Source of the DNA: Eledone cirrhosa
Taxonomy: Eukaryota
Length of the DNA stretch: 64,000 nt
Assembly (NCBI GenBank): GCA_964016885.1
Contig: OZ024740.1
Coordinates: 16,616,001 to 16,680,000 of the forward strand
Reading direction: 5' to 3'
Shown here: positions 29,842 to 42,899 of the stretch, in pieces
Numbering within the stretch: position 1 is the first letter of the stretch
Layout: each line of letters begins with the position of its first letter
Notes under the pieces: generated by a model
Database searches by the model: none
Seen by the model: the letters and a program-made list of their open reading frames with translations, nothing else
Told to the model about the DNA's origin: nothing
Made by a program: the position numbers and the translations under genes

Positions 29842-32800
29842 TGATATCAGAGTAAATATGGTGGCTTTTAGACAAAGCTTTACAGGGAGACATCAGTGTA
29901 AATATGGTGGCTTCTAGACAGAGCTTTACAGGGAGACATCAGTGTAAATATGGTGGCTTCTAGACAAAGCTTTACAGGGAGACATCAGTCTAAATATGGT
30001 GGCTTCTAGACAAGGCTTTACAGGGAGACATCAGTGTAAATATGGTGGCTTCTTGACAGAGCTTTACAGGGAAACATCAGTGTAAATATGGTGGCTTCTG
30101 GATAGAGGTTTACACGGAGACATCAGTGTAAATATGGTGGCTTCTGGACAGAGGTTTACAGGGAGACATCAGAGTTAATATGGTGGCTTCTAGACAGAGC
30201 TTTGAAGGAAGATATCAGAGTAAATATGGTGGCTTTTAGACAAAGCTTTACAGGGAGACATCAGTGTAAATATGGTGGCTTCTAGACAGAGCTTTACAGG
30301 GAGACATCAGTGTAAATATGGTGGCTTCTAGACAAAGCTTTACAGGGAGACATCAGTGTAAATATGGTGGCTTCTAGACGGAGGTTTACAGGGAGATATC
30401 AGTGTAAATATGGTGTTTTCTGGACAGAGGTTTACAAGGAGATATCAGTGTAAATATGGTGTCTTTTGGACAGAGCTTTACAGGGAGATATCAGAGTAAA
30501 TATGGTGGCTTCTGGACAGAGCTTTACAGGGAGATATCAGAGTAAATATGGTGGCTTCTAGACAAAGCTTTACAGGGAGACATAAGTGTAAATATAGTGG
30601 CTTTTGGAGAGAGGATTACAGGGAGACATCAGTGTAAATATGGTGGCTTCTAGACAGAGATTTACAGGGAGACATCAGTGTAAATATGGTGTCTTCTGGA
30701 CAGAGGTTTACAGGGAGATATCAGTGTAAATATGGTGTCTTCTGGACAGAGGTTTACAGGGAGACATCAGTGTAAATATGGTGGCTTCTGGACAGAGGTT
30801 TACAGGGAGACATCAGTGTAAAAATGGTGGCTTCTGGACAGAGGTTTACAGGGAGACATCAGTGTAAATATGGTGGCTTCTGGACAGAGCTTTACAGGGA
30901 GACGTCAGTGTAAATATGTTGGCTTCTAGACAGAGGTTTACAGGGAGACATCAGTGTAAATATGGTGGCTTCTGGATAGAGGTTTACAGGGAGACATCAG
31001 TGTAAATATGGTGGCTTCTGGACAGAGGTTTACAGGGTGACATCAGTGTAAATATGGTGGCTTCTGGACAGAGGTTTACAGGGAGACATCAGAGTTAATA
31101 TGGTGGCTTCTAGACAGAGCTTTACAGGGAGATATCAGAGTAAATATGGTGGCTTTTAGACAAAGCTTTACAGGGAGACATCAGTGTAAATATGGTGGCT
31201 TCTAGACAGAGCTTTACAGGGAGACATCAGTGTAAATATGGTGGCTTCTAGACAAAGCTTTACAGGGAGACATCAGTGTAAATATGGTGGCTTCTAGACA
31301 AAGCTTTACAGGGAGACATCAGTGTAAATATGGTGGCTTCTTGACAGAGCTTTACAGGGAAACATCAGTGTAAATATGGTGGCTTCTGGATAGAGGTTTA
31401 CAGGGAGACATCAGTGTAAATATGGTGGCTTCTGGACAGAGGTTTACAGGGAGACATCAGTGTAAATATGGTGGCTTCTGGACAGAGGTTTACAGGGAGA
31501 TATCAGAGTAAATATGGTGGCTTCTAGACAGAGCTTTACAGGGAGATATCAGTGTAAATATGGTGGCTTCTGGACAGAGGTTTACAAGGAGACATCAGTG
31601 TAAATATGGTGGCATCTGGACAAAGGTTTACAGGGACACAGTGTAAATATGGTGGCTTCTAGACAGAGCTTTACAGGGAGATATCAGAGTAAATATGGTG
31701 TCTTCTGGACAGAGGTTTACAGGGAGACATCAGTGTAAATATGGTGGCTTCTAGACTGAGGTTTACAGGGAGACATCAGTGTAAATATGGTGGCTTCTGG
31801 ATAGAGGTTTACAGGGAGACATCAGTGTAAATATGGTGGCTTCTGGACAGAGGTTTACAGGGAGACATTAGTGTAAATATGGTGGCTTCTAGACAGAGCT
31901 TTACAGGGAGATATCAGAGTAAATATGGTGGCTTCTAGACGCAGGTTTACAGGGAGATATCAGTGTAAATATGGTGTTTTCTGGACAGAGGTTTACAAGG
32001 AGATATCAGTGTAAATATGGTGTCTTTTGGACAGAGCTTTACAGGGAGATATCAGAGTAAATATGGTGGCTTCTAGACAAAGCTTTACAGGGAGACATCA
32101 ATGTAAATATGGTGGCTTCTGGAGAGAGGATTACAGGGAGACATCAGTGTAAATATGGTGGCTTCTAGACAGAGCTTTACAGGGAGATATCAGTGTAAAT
32201 ATGGTGGCTTCTGGACAGAGGTTTACAAGGAGACATCAGTGTAAATATGGTGGCTTCTAGACAGAGCTTTACAGGGAGACATTAGTGTAAATATGGTGGC
32301 TTCTAGACTGAGGTTTACAGGGAGACATCAGTGTAAATATGGTGGCTTCTGGACAGAGGTTTACAGGGAGACATCAGAGTTAATATGGTGGCTTCTAGAC
32401 AGAGCTTTGCAGGAAGATATCAGAGTAAATATGGTGGCTTTTAGACAAAGCTTTACAGGGAGACATCAGTGTAAATATGGTGACTTCTAGACAGAGCTTT
32501 ACAGGGAGACATCAGTGTAAATATGGTGGCTTCTAGACAAAGCTTTACAGGGAGACATCAGTCTAAATATGGTGGCTTCTAGACAAGGCTTTACAGGAAG
32601 ACATCAGTGTAAATATGGTGGCTTCTTGACAGAGCTTTACAGGGAAACATCAGTGTAAATATGGTGGCTTCTGGATAGAGGTTTACAGGGAGACATCAGC
32701 GTAAATATGGTGGCTTCTGGACAGAGGTTTACAGGGAGATATCAGAGTAAATATGGTGGCTTCTAGACAGAGGTTTACAGGGATATTTTAGTGTAAATAT

Positions 32801-35800
32801 GGTGGCTTCTGGACAGAGGTTTACAGGGAGATATCAGTGTAAATATGGTGTCTTCTGGACAGAGGTTTACAGGGAGACATCAGTGTAAATATGGTGGCTT
32901 CTGGACAGAGGTTTACAGGGAGACATCAGTGTAAAAATGGTGGCTTCTGGACAGAGGTTTACAGGGAGACATCAGTGTAAATATGGTGGCTTCTGGACAG
33001 AGCTTTACAGGGAGACGTCAGTGTAAATATGTTGGCTTCTAGACAGAGGTTTACAGGGAGACATCAGTGTAAATATGGTGGCTTCTGGATAGAGGTTTAC
33101 AGGGAGACATCAGTGTAAATATGGTGGCTTCTGGACAGAGGTTTACAGGGTGACATCAGTGTAAATATGGTGGCTTCTGGACAGAGGTTTACAGGGAGAC
33201 ATCAGAGTTAATATGGTGGCTTCTAGACAGAGCTTTACAGGGAGATATCAGAGTAAATATGGTGGCTTTTAGACAAAGCTTTACAGGGAGACATCAGTGT
33301 AAATATGGTGGCTTCTAGACAGAGCTTTACAGGGAGACATCAGTGTAAATATGGTGGCTTCTAGACAAAGCTTTACAGGGAGACATCAGTGTAAATATGG
33401 TGGCTTCTAGACAAAGCTTTACAGGGAGACATCAGTGTAAATATGGTGGCTTCTTGACAGAGCTTTACAGGGAAACATCAGTGTAAATATGGTGGCTTCT
33501 GGATAGAGGTTTACAGGGAGACATCAGTGTAAATATGGTGGCTTCTGGACAGAGGTTTACAGGGAGACATCAGTGTAAATATGGTGGCTTCTGGACAGAG
33601 GTTTACAGGGAGATATCAGAGTAAATATGGTGGCTTCTAGACAGAGCTTTACAGGGAGATATCAGTGTAAATATGGTGGCTTCTGGACAGAGGTTTACAA
33701 GGAGACATCAGTGTAAATATGGTGGCATCTGGACAAAGGTTTACAGGGACACAGTGTAAATATGGTGGCTTCTAGACAGAGCTTTACAGGGAGATATCAG
33801 AGTAAATATGGTGTCTTCTGGACAGAGGTTTACAGGGAGACATCAGTGTAAATATGGTGGCTTCTAGACTGAGGTTTACAGGGAGACATCAGTGTAAATA
33901 TGGTGGCTTCTGGATAGAGGTTTACAGGGAGACATCAGTGTAAATATGGTGGCTTCTGGACAGAGGTTTACAGGGAGACATTAGTGTAAATATGGTGGCT
34001 TCTAGACAGAGCTTTACAGGGAGATATCAGAGTAAATATGGTGGCTTCTAGACGCAGGTTTACAGGGAGATATCAGTGTAAATATGGTGTTTTCTGGACA
34101 GAGGTTTACAAGGAGATATCAGTGTAAATATGGTGTCTTTTGGACAGAGCTTTACAGGGAGATATCAGAGTAAATATGGTGGCTTCTAGACAAAGCTTTA
34201 CAGGGAGACATCAATGTAAATATGGTGGCTTCTGGAGAGAGGATTACAGGGAGACATCAGTGTAAATATGGTGGCTTCTAGACAGAGCTTTACAGGGAGA
34301 TATCAGTGTAAATATGGTGGCTTCTGGACAGAGGTTTACAAGGAGACATCAGTGTAAATATGGTGGCTTCTAGACAGAGCTTTACAGGGAGACATTAGTG
34401 TAAATATGGTGGCTTCTAGACTGAGGTTTACAGGGAGACATCAGTGTAAATATGGTGGCTTCTGGACAGAGGTTTACAGGGAGACATCAGAGTTAATATG
34501 GTGGCTTCTAGACAGAGCTTTGCAGGAAGATATCAGAGTAAATATGGTGGCTTTTAGACAAAGCTTTACAGGGAGACATCAGTGTAAATATGGTGACTTC
34601 TAGACAGAGCTTTACAGGGAGACATCAGTGTAAATATGGTGGCTTCTAGACAAAGCTTTACAGGGAGACATCAGTCTAAATATGGTGGCTTCTAGACAAG
34701 GCTTTACAGGAAAACATCAGTGTAAATATGGTGGCTTCTTGACAGAGCTTTACAGGGAAACATCAGTGTAAATATGGTGGCTTCTGGATAGAGGTTTACA
34801 GGGAGACATCAGCGTAAATATGGTGGCTTCTGGACAGAGGTTTACAGGGAGATATCAGAGTAAATATGGTGGCTTCTAGACAGAGGTTTACAGGGATATT
34901 TTAGTGTAAATATGGTGGCTTCTGGACAGAGGTTTACAGGGAGACATCAGTGTAAATATGGTGGCTTCTAGACAGAGCTTTACAGGGAGATATCAGTGTA
35001 AATATGGTGGCTTCTGGATAGAGGTTTACAGGTAGACATCAGTGTAAATATGGTGGCTTCTGGACAGAGGTTTACAGGGAGACATTAGTGTAAATATGGT
35101 GGCTTCTAGACAGAGCTTTACAGGGAGATATCAGAGTAAATATGGTGGCTTCTGAACAGAGCTTTACAGGGAGACATCAGTGTAAATATGGTGGCTTCTA
35201 GACAGAGGTTTACAGGGAGACATCAGTGTAAATATGGTGGCTTCTAGACGGAGGTTTACAGGGAGATATCAGTGTAAATATGGTGTTTTCTGGACAGAGG
35301 TTTACAAGGAGATATCAGTGTAAATATGGTGTCTTTTGGACAGAGCTTTACAGGGAGATATCAGAGTAAATATGGTGGCTTCTGGACAGAGCTTTACAGG
35401 GAGATATCAGAGTAAATATGGTGGCTTCTAGACAAAGCTTTACAGGGAGACATCAGTGTAAATATAGTGGCTTCTGGAGAGAGGATTACAGGGAGACATC
35501 AGTGTAAATATGGTGACTTCTAGACAGAGATTTACAGGGAGACATCAGTGTAAATATGGTGTCTTCTGGACAGAGGTTTACAGGGAGATATCAGTGTAAA
35601 TATGGTGTCTTCTGGACAGAGGTTTACAGGGAGACATCAGTGTAAATATGGTGGCTTCTGGACAGAGGTTTACAGGGAGACATCAGTGTAAAAATGGTGG
35701 CTTCTGGACAGAGGTTTACAGGGAGACATCAGTGTAAATATGGTGGCTTCTGGACAGAGTTTTACAGGGAGACGTCAGTGTAAATATGATGGCTTCTAGA

Positions 35801-38800
35801 TAGAGGTTTCCAGGGAGACAACAGTGTAAATATGGTGGCTTCTAGACTGAGGTTTACAGGGAGACATCAGTGTAAATATGGTGGCTTCTGGACAGAGGTT
35901 TACAGGGAGACATCAGAGTTAATATGGTGGCTTCTAGACAGAGCTTTGCAGGAAGATATCAGAGTAAATATGGTGGCTTTTAGACAAAGCTTTACAGGGA
36001 GACATCAGTGTAAATATGGTGGCTTCTAGACAGAGCTTTACAGGGAGACATCAGTGTAAATATGGTGGCTTCTAGACAAAGCTTTACAGGGAGACATCAG
36101 TCTAAATATGGTGGCTTCTAGACAAGGCTTTACAGGGAGACATCAGTGTAAATATGGTGGCTTCTTGACAGAGCTTTACAGGGAAACATCAGTGTAAATA
36201 TGGTGGCTTCTGGATAGAGGTTTACACGGAGACATCAGTGTAAATATGGTGGCTTCTGGACAGAGGTTTACAGGGAGACATCAGAGTTAATATGGTGGCT
36301 TCTAGACAGAGCTTTGAAGGAAGATATCAGAGTAAATATGGTGGCTTTTAGACAAAGCTTTACAGGGAGACATCAGTGTAAATATGGTGGCTTCTAGACA
36401 GAGCTTTACAGGGAGACATCAGTGTAAATATGGTGGCTTCTAGACAAAGCTTTACAGGGAGACATCAGTGTAAATATGGTGGCTTCTAGACGGAGGTTTA
36501 CAGGGAGATATCAGTGTAAATATGGTGTTTTCTGGACAGAGGTTTACAAGGAGATATCAGTGTAAATATGGTGTCTTTTGGACAGAGCTTTACAGGGAGA
36601 TATCAGAGTAAATATGGTGGCTTCTGGACAGAGCTTTACAGGGAGATATCAGAGTAAATATGGTGGCTTCTAGACAAAGCTTTACAGGGAGACATAAGTG
36701 TAAATATAGTGGCTTTTGGAGAGAGGATTACAGGGAGACATCAGTGTAAATATGGTGGCTTCTAGACAGAGATTTACAGGGAGACATCAGTGTAAATATG
36801 GTGTCTTCTGGACAGAGGTTTACAGGGAGATATCAGTGTAAATATGGTGTCTTCTGGACAGAGGTTTACAGGGAGACATCAGTGTAAATATGGTGGCTTC
36901 TGGACAGAGGTTTACAGGGAGACATCAGTGTAAAAATGGTGGCTTCTGGACAGAGGTTTACAGGGAGACATCAGTGTAAATATGGTGGCTTCTGGACAGA
37001 GCTTTACAGGGAGACGTCAGTGTAAATATGTTGGCTTCTAGACAGAGGTTTACAGGGAGACATCAGTGTAAATATGGTGGCTTCTGGATAGAGGTTTACA
37101 GGGAGACATCAGTGTAAATATGGTGGCTTCTGGACAGAGGTTTACAGGGTGACATCAGTGTAAATATGGTGGCTTCTGGACAGAGGTTTACAGGGAGACA
37201 TCAGAGTTAATATGGTGGCTTCTAGACAGAGCTTTACAGGGAGATATCAGAGTAAATATGGTGGCTTTTAGACAAAGCTTTACAGGGAGACATCAGTGTA
37301 AATATGGTGGCTTCTAGACAGAGCTTTACAGGGAGACATCAGTGTAAATATGGTGGCTTCTAGACAAAGCTTTACAGGGAGACATCAGTGTAAATATGGT
37401 GGCTTCTAGACAAAGCTTTACAGGGAGACATCAGTGTAAATATGGTGGCTTCTTGACAGAGCTTTACAGGGAAACATCAGTGTAAATATGGTGGCTTCTG
37501 GATAGAGGTTTACAGGGAGACATCAGTGTAAATATGGTGGCTTCTGGACAGAGGTTTACAGGGAGACATCAGTGTAAATATGGTGGCTTCTGGACAGAGG
37601 TTTACAGGGAGATATCAGAGTAAATATGGTGGCTTCTAGACAGAGCTTTACAGGGAGATATCAGTGTAAATATGGTGGCTTCTGGACAGAGGTTTACAAG
37701 GAGACATCAGTGTAAATATGGTGGCATCTGGACAAAGGTTTACAGGGACACAGTGTAAATATGGTGGCTTCTAGACAGAGCTTTACAGGGAGATATCAGA
37801 GTAAATATGGTGTCTTCTGGACAGAGGTTTACAGGGAGACATCAGTGTAAATATGGTGGCTTCTAGACTGAGGTTTACAGGGAGACATCAGTGTAAATAT
37901 GGTGGCTTCTGGATAGAGGTTTACAGGGAGACATCAGTGTAAATATGGTGGCTTCTGGACAGAGGTTTACAGGGAGACATTAGTGTAAATATGGTGGCTT
38001 CTAGACAGAGCTTTACAGGGAGATATCAGAGTAAATATGGTGGCTTCTAGACGCAGGTTTACAGGGAGATATCAGTGTAAATATGGTGTTTTCTGGACAG
38101 AGGTTTACAAGGAGATATCAGTGTAAATATGGTGTCTTTTGGACAGAGCTTTACAGGGAGATATCAGAGTAAATATGGTGGCTTCTAGACAAAGCTTTAC
38201 AGGGAGACATCAATGTAAATATGGTGGCTTCTGGAGAGAGGATTACAGGGAGACATCAGTGTAAATATGGTGGCTTCTAGACAGAGCTTTACAGGGAGAT
38301 ATCAGTGTAAATATGGTGGCTTCTGGACAGAGGTTTACAAGGAGACATCAGTGTAAATATGGTGGCTTCTAGACAGAGCTTTACAGGGAGACATTAGTGT
38401 AAATATGGTGGCTTCTAGACTGAGGTTTACAGGGAGACATCAGTGTAAATATGGTGGCTTCTGGACAGAGGTTTACAGGGAGACATCAGAGTTAATATGG
38501 TGGCTTCTAGACAGAGCTTTGCAGGAAGATATCAGAGTAAATATGGTGGCTTTTAGACAAAGCTTTACAGGGAGACATCAGTGTAAATATGGTGACTTCT
38601 AGACAGAGCTTTACAGGGAGACATCAGTGTAAATATGGTGGCTTCTAGACAAAGCTTTACAGGGAGACATCAGTCTAAATATGGTGGCTTCTAGACAAGG
38701 CTTTACAGGAAGACATCAGTGTAAATATGGTGGCTTCTTGACAGAGCTTTACAGGGAAACATCAGTGTAAATATGGTGGCTTCTGGATAGAGGTTTACAG

Positions 38801-41800
38801 GGAGACATCAGCGTAAATATGGTGGCTTCTGGACAGAGGTTTACAGGGAGATATCAGAGTAAATATGGTGGCTTCTAGACAGAGGTTTACAGGGATATTT
38901 TAGTGTAAATATGGTGGCTTCTGGACAGAGGTTTACAGGGAGATATCAGTGTAAATATGGTGTCTTCTGGACAGAGGTTTACAGGGAGACATCAGTGTAA
39001 ATATGGTGGCTTCTGGACAGAGGTTTACAGGGAGACATCAGTGTAAAAATGGTGGCTTCTGGACAGAGGTTTACAGGGAGACATCAGTGTAAATATGGTG
39101 GCTTCTGGACAGAGCTTTACAGGGAGACGTCAGTGTAAATATGTTGGCTTCTAGACAGAGGTTTACAGGGAGACATCAGTGTAAATATGGTGGCTTCTGG
39201 ATAGAGGTTTACAGGGAGACATCAGTGTAAATATGGTGGCTTCTGGACAGAGGTTTACAGGGTGACATCAGTGTAAATATGGTGGCTTCTGGACAGAGGT
39301 TTACAGGGAGACATCAGAGTTAATATGGTGGCTTCTAGACAGAGCTTTACAGGGAGATATCAGAGTAAATATGGTGGCTTTTAGACAAAGCTTTACAGGG
39401 AGACATCAGTGTAAATATGGTGGCTTCTAGACAGAGCTTTACAGGGAGACATCAGTGTAAATATGGTGGCTTCTAGACAAAGCTTTACAGGGAGACATCA
39501 GTGTAAATATGGTGGCTTCTAGACAAAGCTTTACAGGGAGACATCAGTGTAAATATGGTGGCTTCTTGACAGAGCTTTACAGGGAAACATCAGTGTAAAT
39601 ATGGTGGCTTCTGGATAGAGGTTTACAGGGAGACATCAGTGTAAATATGGTGGCTTCTGGACAGAGGTTTACAGGGAGACATCAGTGTAAATATGGTGGC
39701 TTCTGGACAGAGGTTTACAGGGAGATATCAGAGTAAATATGGTGGCTTCTAGACAGAGCTTTACAGGGAGATATCAGTGTAAATATGGTGGCTTCTGGAC
39801 AGAGGTTTACAAGGAGACATCAGTGTAAATATGGTGGCATCTGGACAAAGGTTTACAGGGACACAGTGTAAATATGGTGGCTTCTAGACAGAGCTTTACA
39901 GGGAGATATCAGAGTAAATATGGTGTCTTCTGGACAGAGGTTTACAGGGAGACATCAGTGTAAATATGGTGGCTTCTAGACTGAGGTTTACAGGGAGACA
40001 TCAGTGTAAATATGGTGGCTTCTGGATAGAGGTTTACAGGGAGACATCAGTGTAAATATGGTGGCTTCTGGACAGAGGTTTACAGGGAGACATTAGTGTA
40101 AATATGGTGGCTTCTAGACAGAGCTTTACAGGGAGATATCAGAGTAAATATGGTGGCTTCTAGACGCAGGTTTACAGGGAGATATCAGTGTAAATATTGT
40201 GTTTTCTGGACAGAGGTTTACAAGGAGATATCAGTGTAAATATGGTGTCTTTTGGACAGAGCTTTACAGGGAGATATCAGAGTAAATATGGTGGCTTCTA
40301 GACAAAGCTTTACAGGGAGACATCAATGTAAATATGGTGGCTTCTGGAGAGAGGATTACAGGGAGACATCAGTGTAAATATGGTGGCTTCTAGACAGAGC
40401 TTTACAGGGAGATATCAGTGTAAATATGGTGGCTTCTGGACAGAGGTTTACAAGGAGACATCAGTGTAAATATGGTGGCTTCTAGACAGAGCTTTACAGG
40501 GAGACATTAGTGTAAATATGGTGGCTTCTAGACTGAGGTTTACAGGGAGACATCAGTGTAAATATGGTGGCTTCTGGACAGAGGTTTACAGGGAGACATC
40601 AGAGTTAATATGGTGGCTTCTAGACAGAGCTTTGCAGGAAGATATCAGAGTAAATATGGTGGCTTTTAGACAAAGCTTTACAGGGAGACATCAGTGTAAA
40701 TATGGTGACTTCTAGACAGAGCTTTACAGGGAGACATCAGTGTAAATATGGTGGCTTCTAGACAAAGCTTTACAGGGAGACATCAGTCTAAATATGGTGG
40801 CTTCTAGACAAGGCTTTACAGGAAGACATCAGTGTAAATATGGTGGCTTCTTGACAGAGCTTTACAGGGAAACATCAGTGTAAATATGGTGGCTTCTGGA
40901 TAGAGGTTTACAGGGAGACATCAGCGTAAATATGGTGGCTTCTGGACAGAGGTTTACAGGGAGATATCAGAGTAAATATGGTGGCTTCTAGACAGAGGTT
41001 TACAGGGATATTTTAGTGTAAATATGGTGGCTTCTGGACAGAGGTTTACAGGGAGACATCAGTGTAAATATGGTGGCTTCTAGACAGAGCTTTACAGGGA
41101 GATATCAGTGTAAATATGGTGGCTTCTGGATAGAGGTTTACAGGTAGACATCAGTGTAAATATGGTGGCTTCTGGACAGAGGTTTACAGGGAGACATTAG
41201 TGTAAATATGGTGGCTTCTAGACAGAGCTTTACAGGGAGATATCAGAGTAAATATGGTGGCTTCTGAACAGAGCTTTACAGGGAGACATCAGTGTAAATA
41301 TGGTGGCTTCTAGACAGAGGTTTACAGGGAGACATCAGTGTAAATATGGTGGCTTCTAGACGGAGGTTTACAGGGAGATATCAGTGTAAATATGGTGTTT
41401 TCTGGACAGAGGTTTACAAGGAGATATCAGTGTAAATATGGTGTCTTTTGGACAGAGCTTTACAGGGAGATATCAGAGTAAATATGGTGGCTTCTGGACA
41501 GAGCTTTACAGGGAGATATCAGAGTAAATATGGTGGCTTCTAGACAAAGCTTTACAGGGAGACATCAGTGTAAATATAGTGGCTTCTGGAGAGAGGATTA
41601 CAGGGAGACATCAGTGTAAATATGGTGACTTCTAGACAGAGATTTACAGGGAGACATCAGTGTAAATATGGTGTCTTCTGGACAGAGGTTTACAGGGAGA
41701 TATCAGTGTAAATATGGTGTCTTCTGGACAGAGGTTTACAGGGAGACATCAGTGTAAATATGGTGGCTTCTGGACAGAGGTTTACAGGGAGACATCAGTG

Positions 41801-42337
41801 TAAAAATGGTGGCTTCTGGACAGAGGTTTACAGGGAGACATCAGTGTAAATATGGTGGCTTCTGGACAGAGTTTTACAGGGAGACGTCAGTGTAAATATG
41901 ATGGCTTCTAGATAGAGGTTTCCAGGGAGACAACAGTGTAAATATGGTGGCTTCTAGACTGAGGTTTACAGGGAGACATCAGTGTAAATATGGTGGCTTC
42001 TGGACAGAGGTTTACAGGGAGACATCAGAGTTAATATGGTGGCTTCTAGACAGAGCTTTGCAGGAAGATATCAGAGTAAATATGGTGGCTTTTAGACAAA
42101 GCTTTACAGGGAGACATCAGTGTAAATATGGTGGCTTCTAGACAGAGCTTTACAGGGAGACATCAGTGTAAATATGGTGGCTTCTAGACAAAGCTTTACA
42201 GGGAGACATCAGTCTAAATATGGTGGCTTCTAGACAAGGCTTTACAGGGAGACATCAGTGTAAATATGGTGGCTTCTTGACAGAGCTTTACAGGGAAACA
42301 TCAGTGTAAATATGGTGGCTTCTGGATAGAGGTTTAC
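29842..42337. repeat. Near-perfect tandem duplication of a 6112-bp unit (133 monomers, two of them 43 bp)
   Basis: ORF starts 32293/38405, 34406/40518, 35832/41944 and TACACGGAG at 30111/36223 are all offset by 6112 (133x46-6). Confidence 0.92.
30690..34940. repeat. Nested tandem duplication of a 2113-bp unit inside the first 6112-bp copy (repeated at ~36800-41050)
   Basis: ORF starts 32293/34406 and 38405/40518 are offset by 2113 (46x46-3). The CAGCGTAAAT variant and the 43-bp monomer recur at the same offset. Confidence 0.9.
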
Positions 42338-42899
42338 AGGGAGACATCAGTGTAAATATGGTGGCTTCTGGACAGAGGTTTACAGGGTGACATCAGTGTA
42401 AATATGGTGGCTTCTGGACAGAGGTTTACAGGGAGACATCAGAGTTAATATGGTGGCTTCTAGACAGAGCTTTACAGGGAGATATCAGAGTAAATATGGT
42501 GGCTTTTAGACAAAGCTTTACAGGGAGACATCAGTGTAAATATGGTGGCTTCTAGACAGAGCTTTACAGGGAGACATCAGTGTAAATATGGTGGCTTCTA
42601 GACAAAGCTTTACAGGGAGACATCAGTGTAAATATGGTGGCTTCTAGACAAAGCTTTACAGGGAGACATCAGTGTAAATATGGTGGCTTCTTGACAGAGC
42701 TTTACAGGGAAACATCAGTGTAAATATGGTGGCTTCTGGATAGAGGTTTACAGGGAGACATCAGTGTAAATATGGTGGCTTCTGGACAGAGGTTTACAGG
42801 GAGACATCAGTGTAAATATGGTGGCTTCTGGACAGAGGTTTACAGGGAGATATCAGAGTAAATATGGTGGCTTCTAGACAGAGCTTTACAGGGAGATAT

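Noticed and set aside
30690-34940. HOR of 46 monomers of 46 bp
   Set aside because: Numerical coincidence. Other duplication units have 39/40, 77, 96 and 133 monomers.
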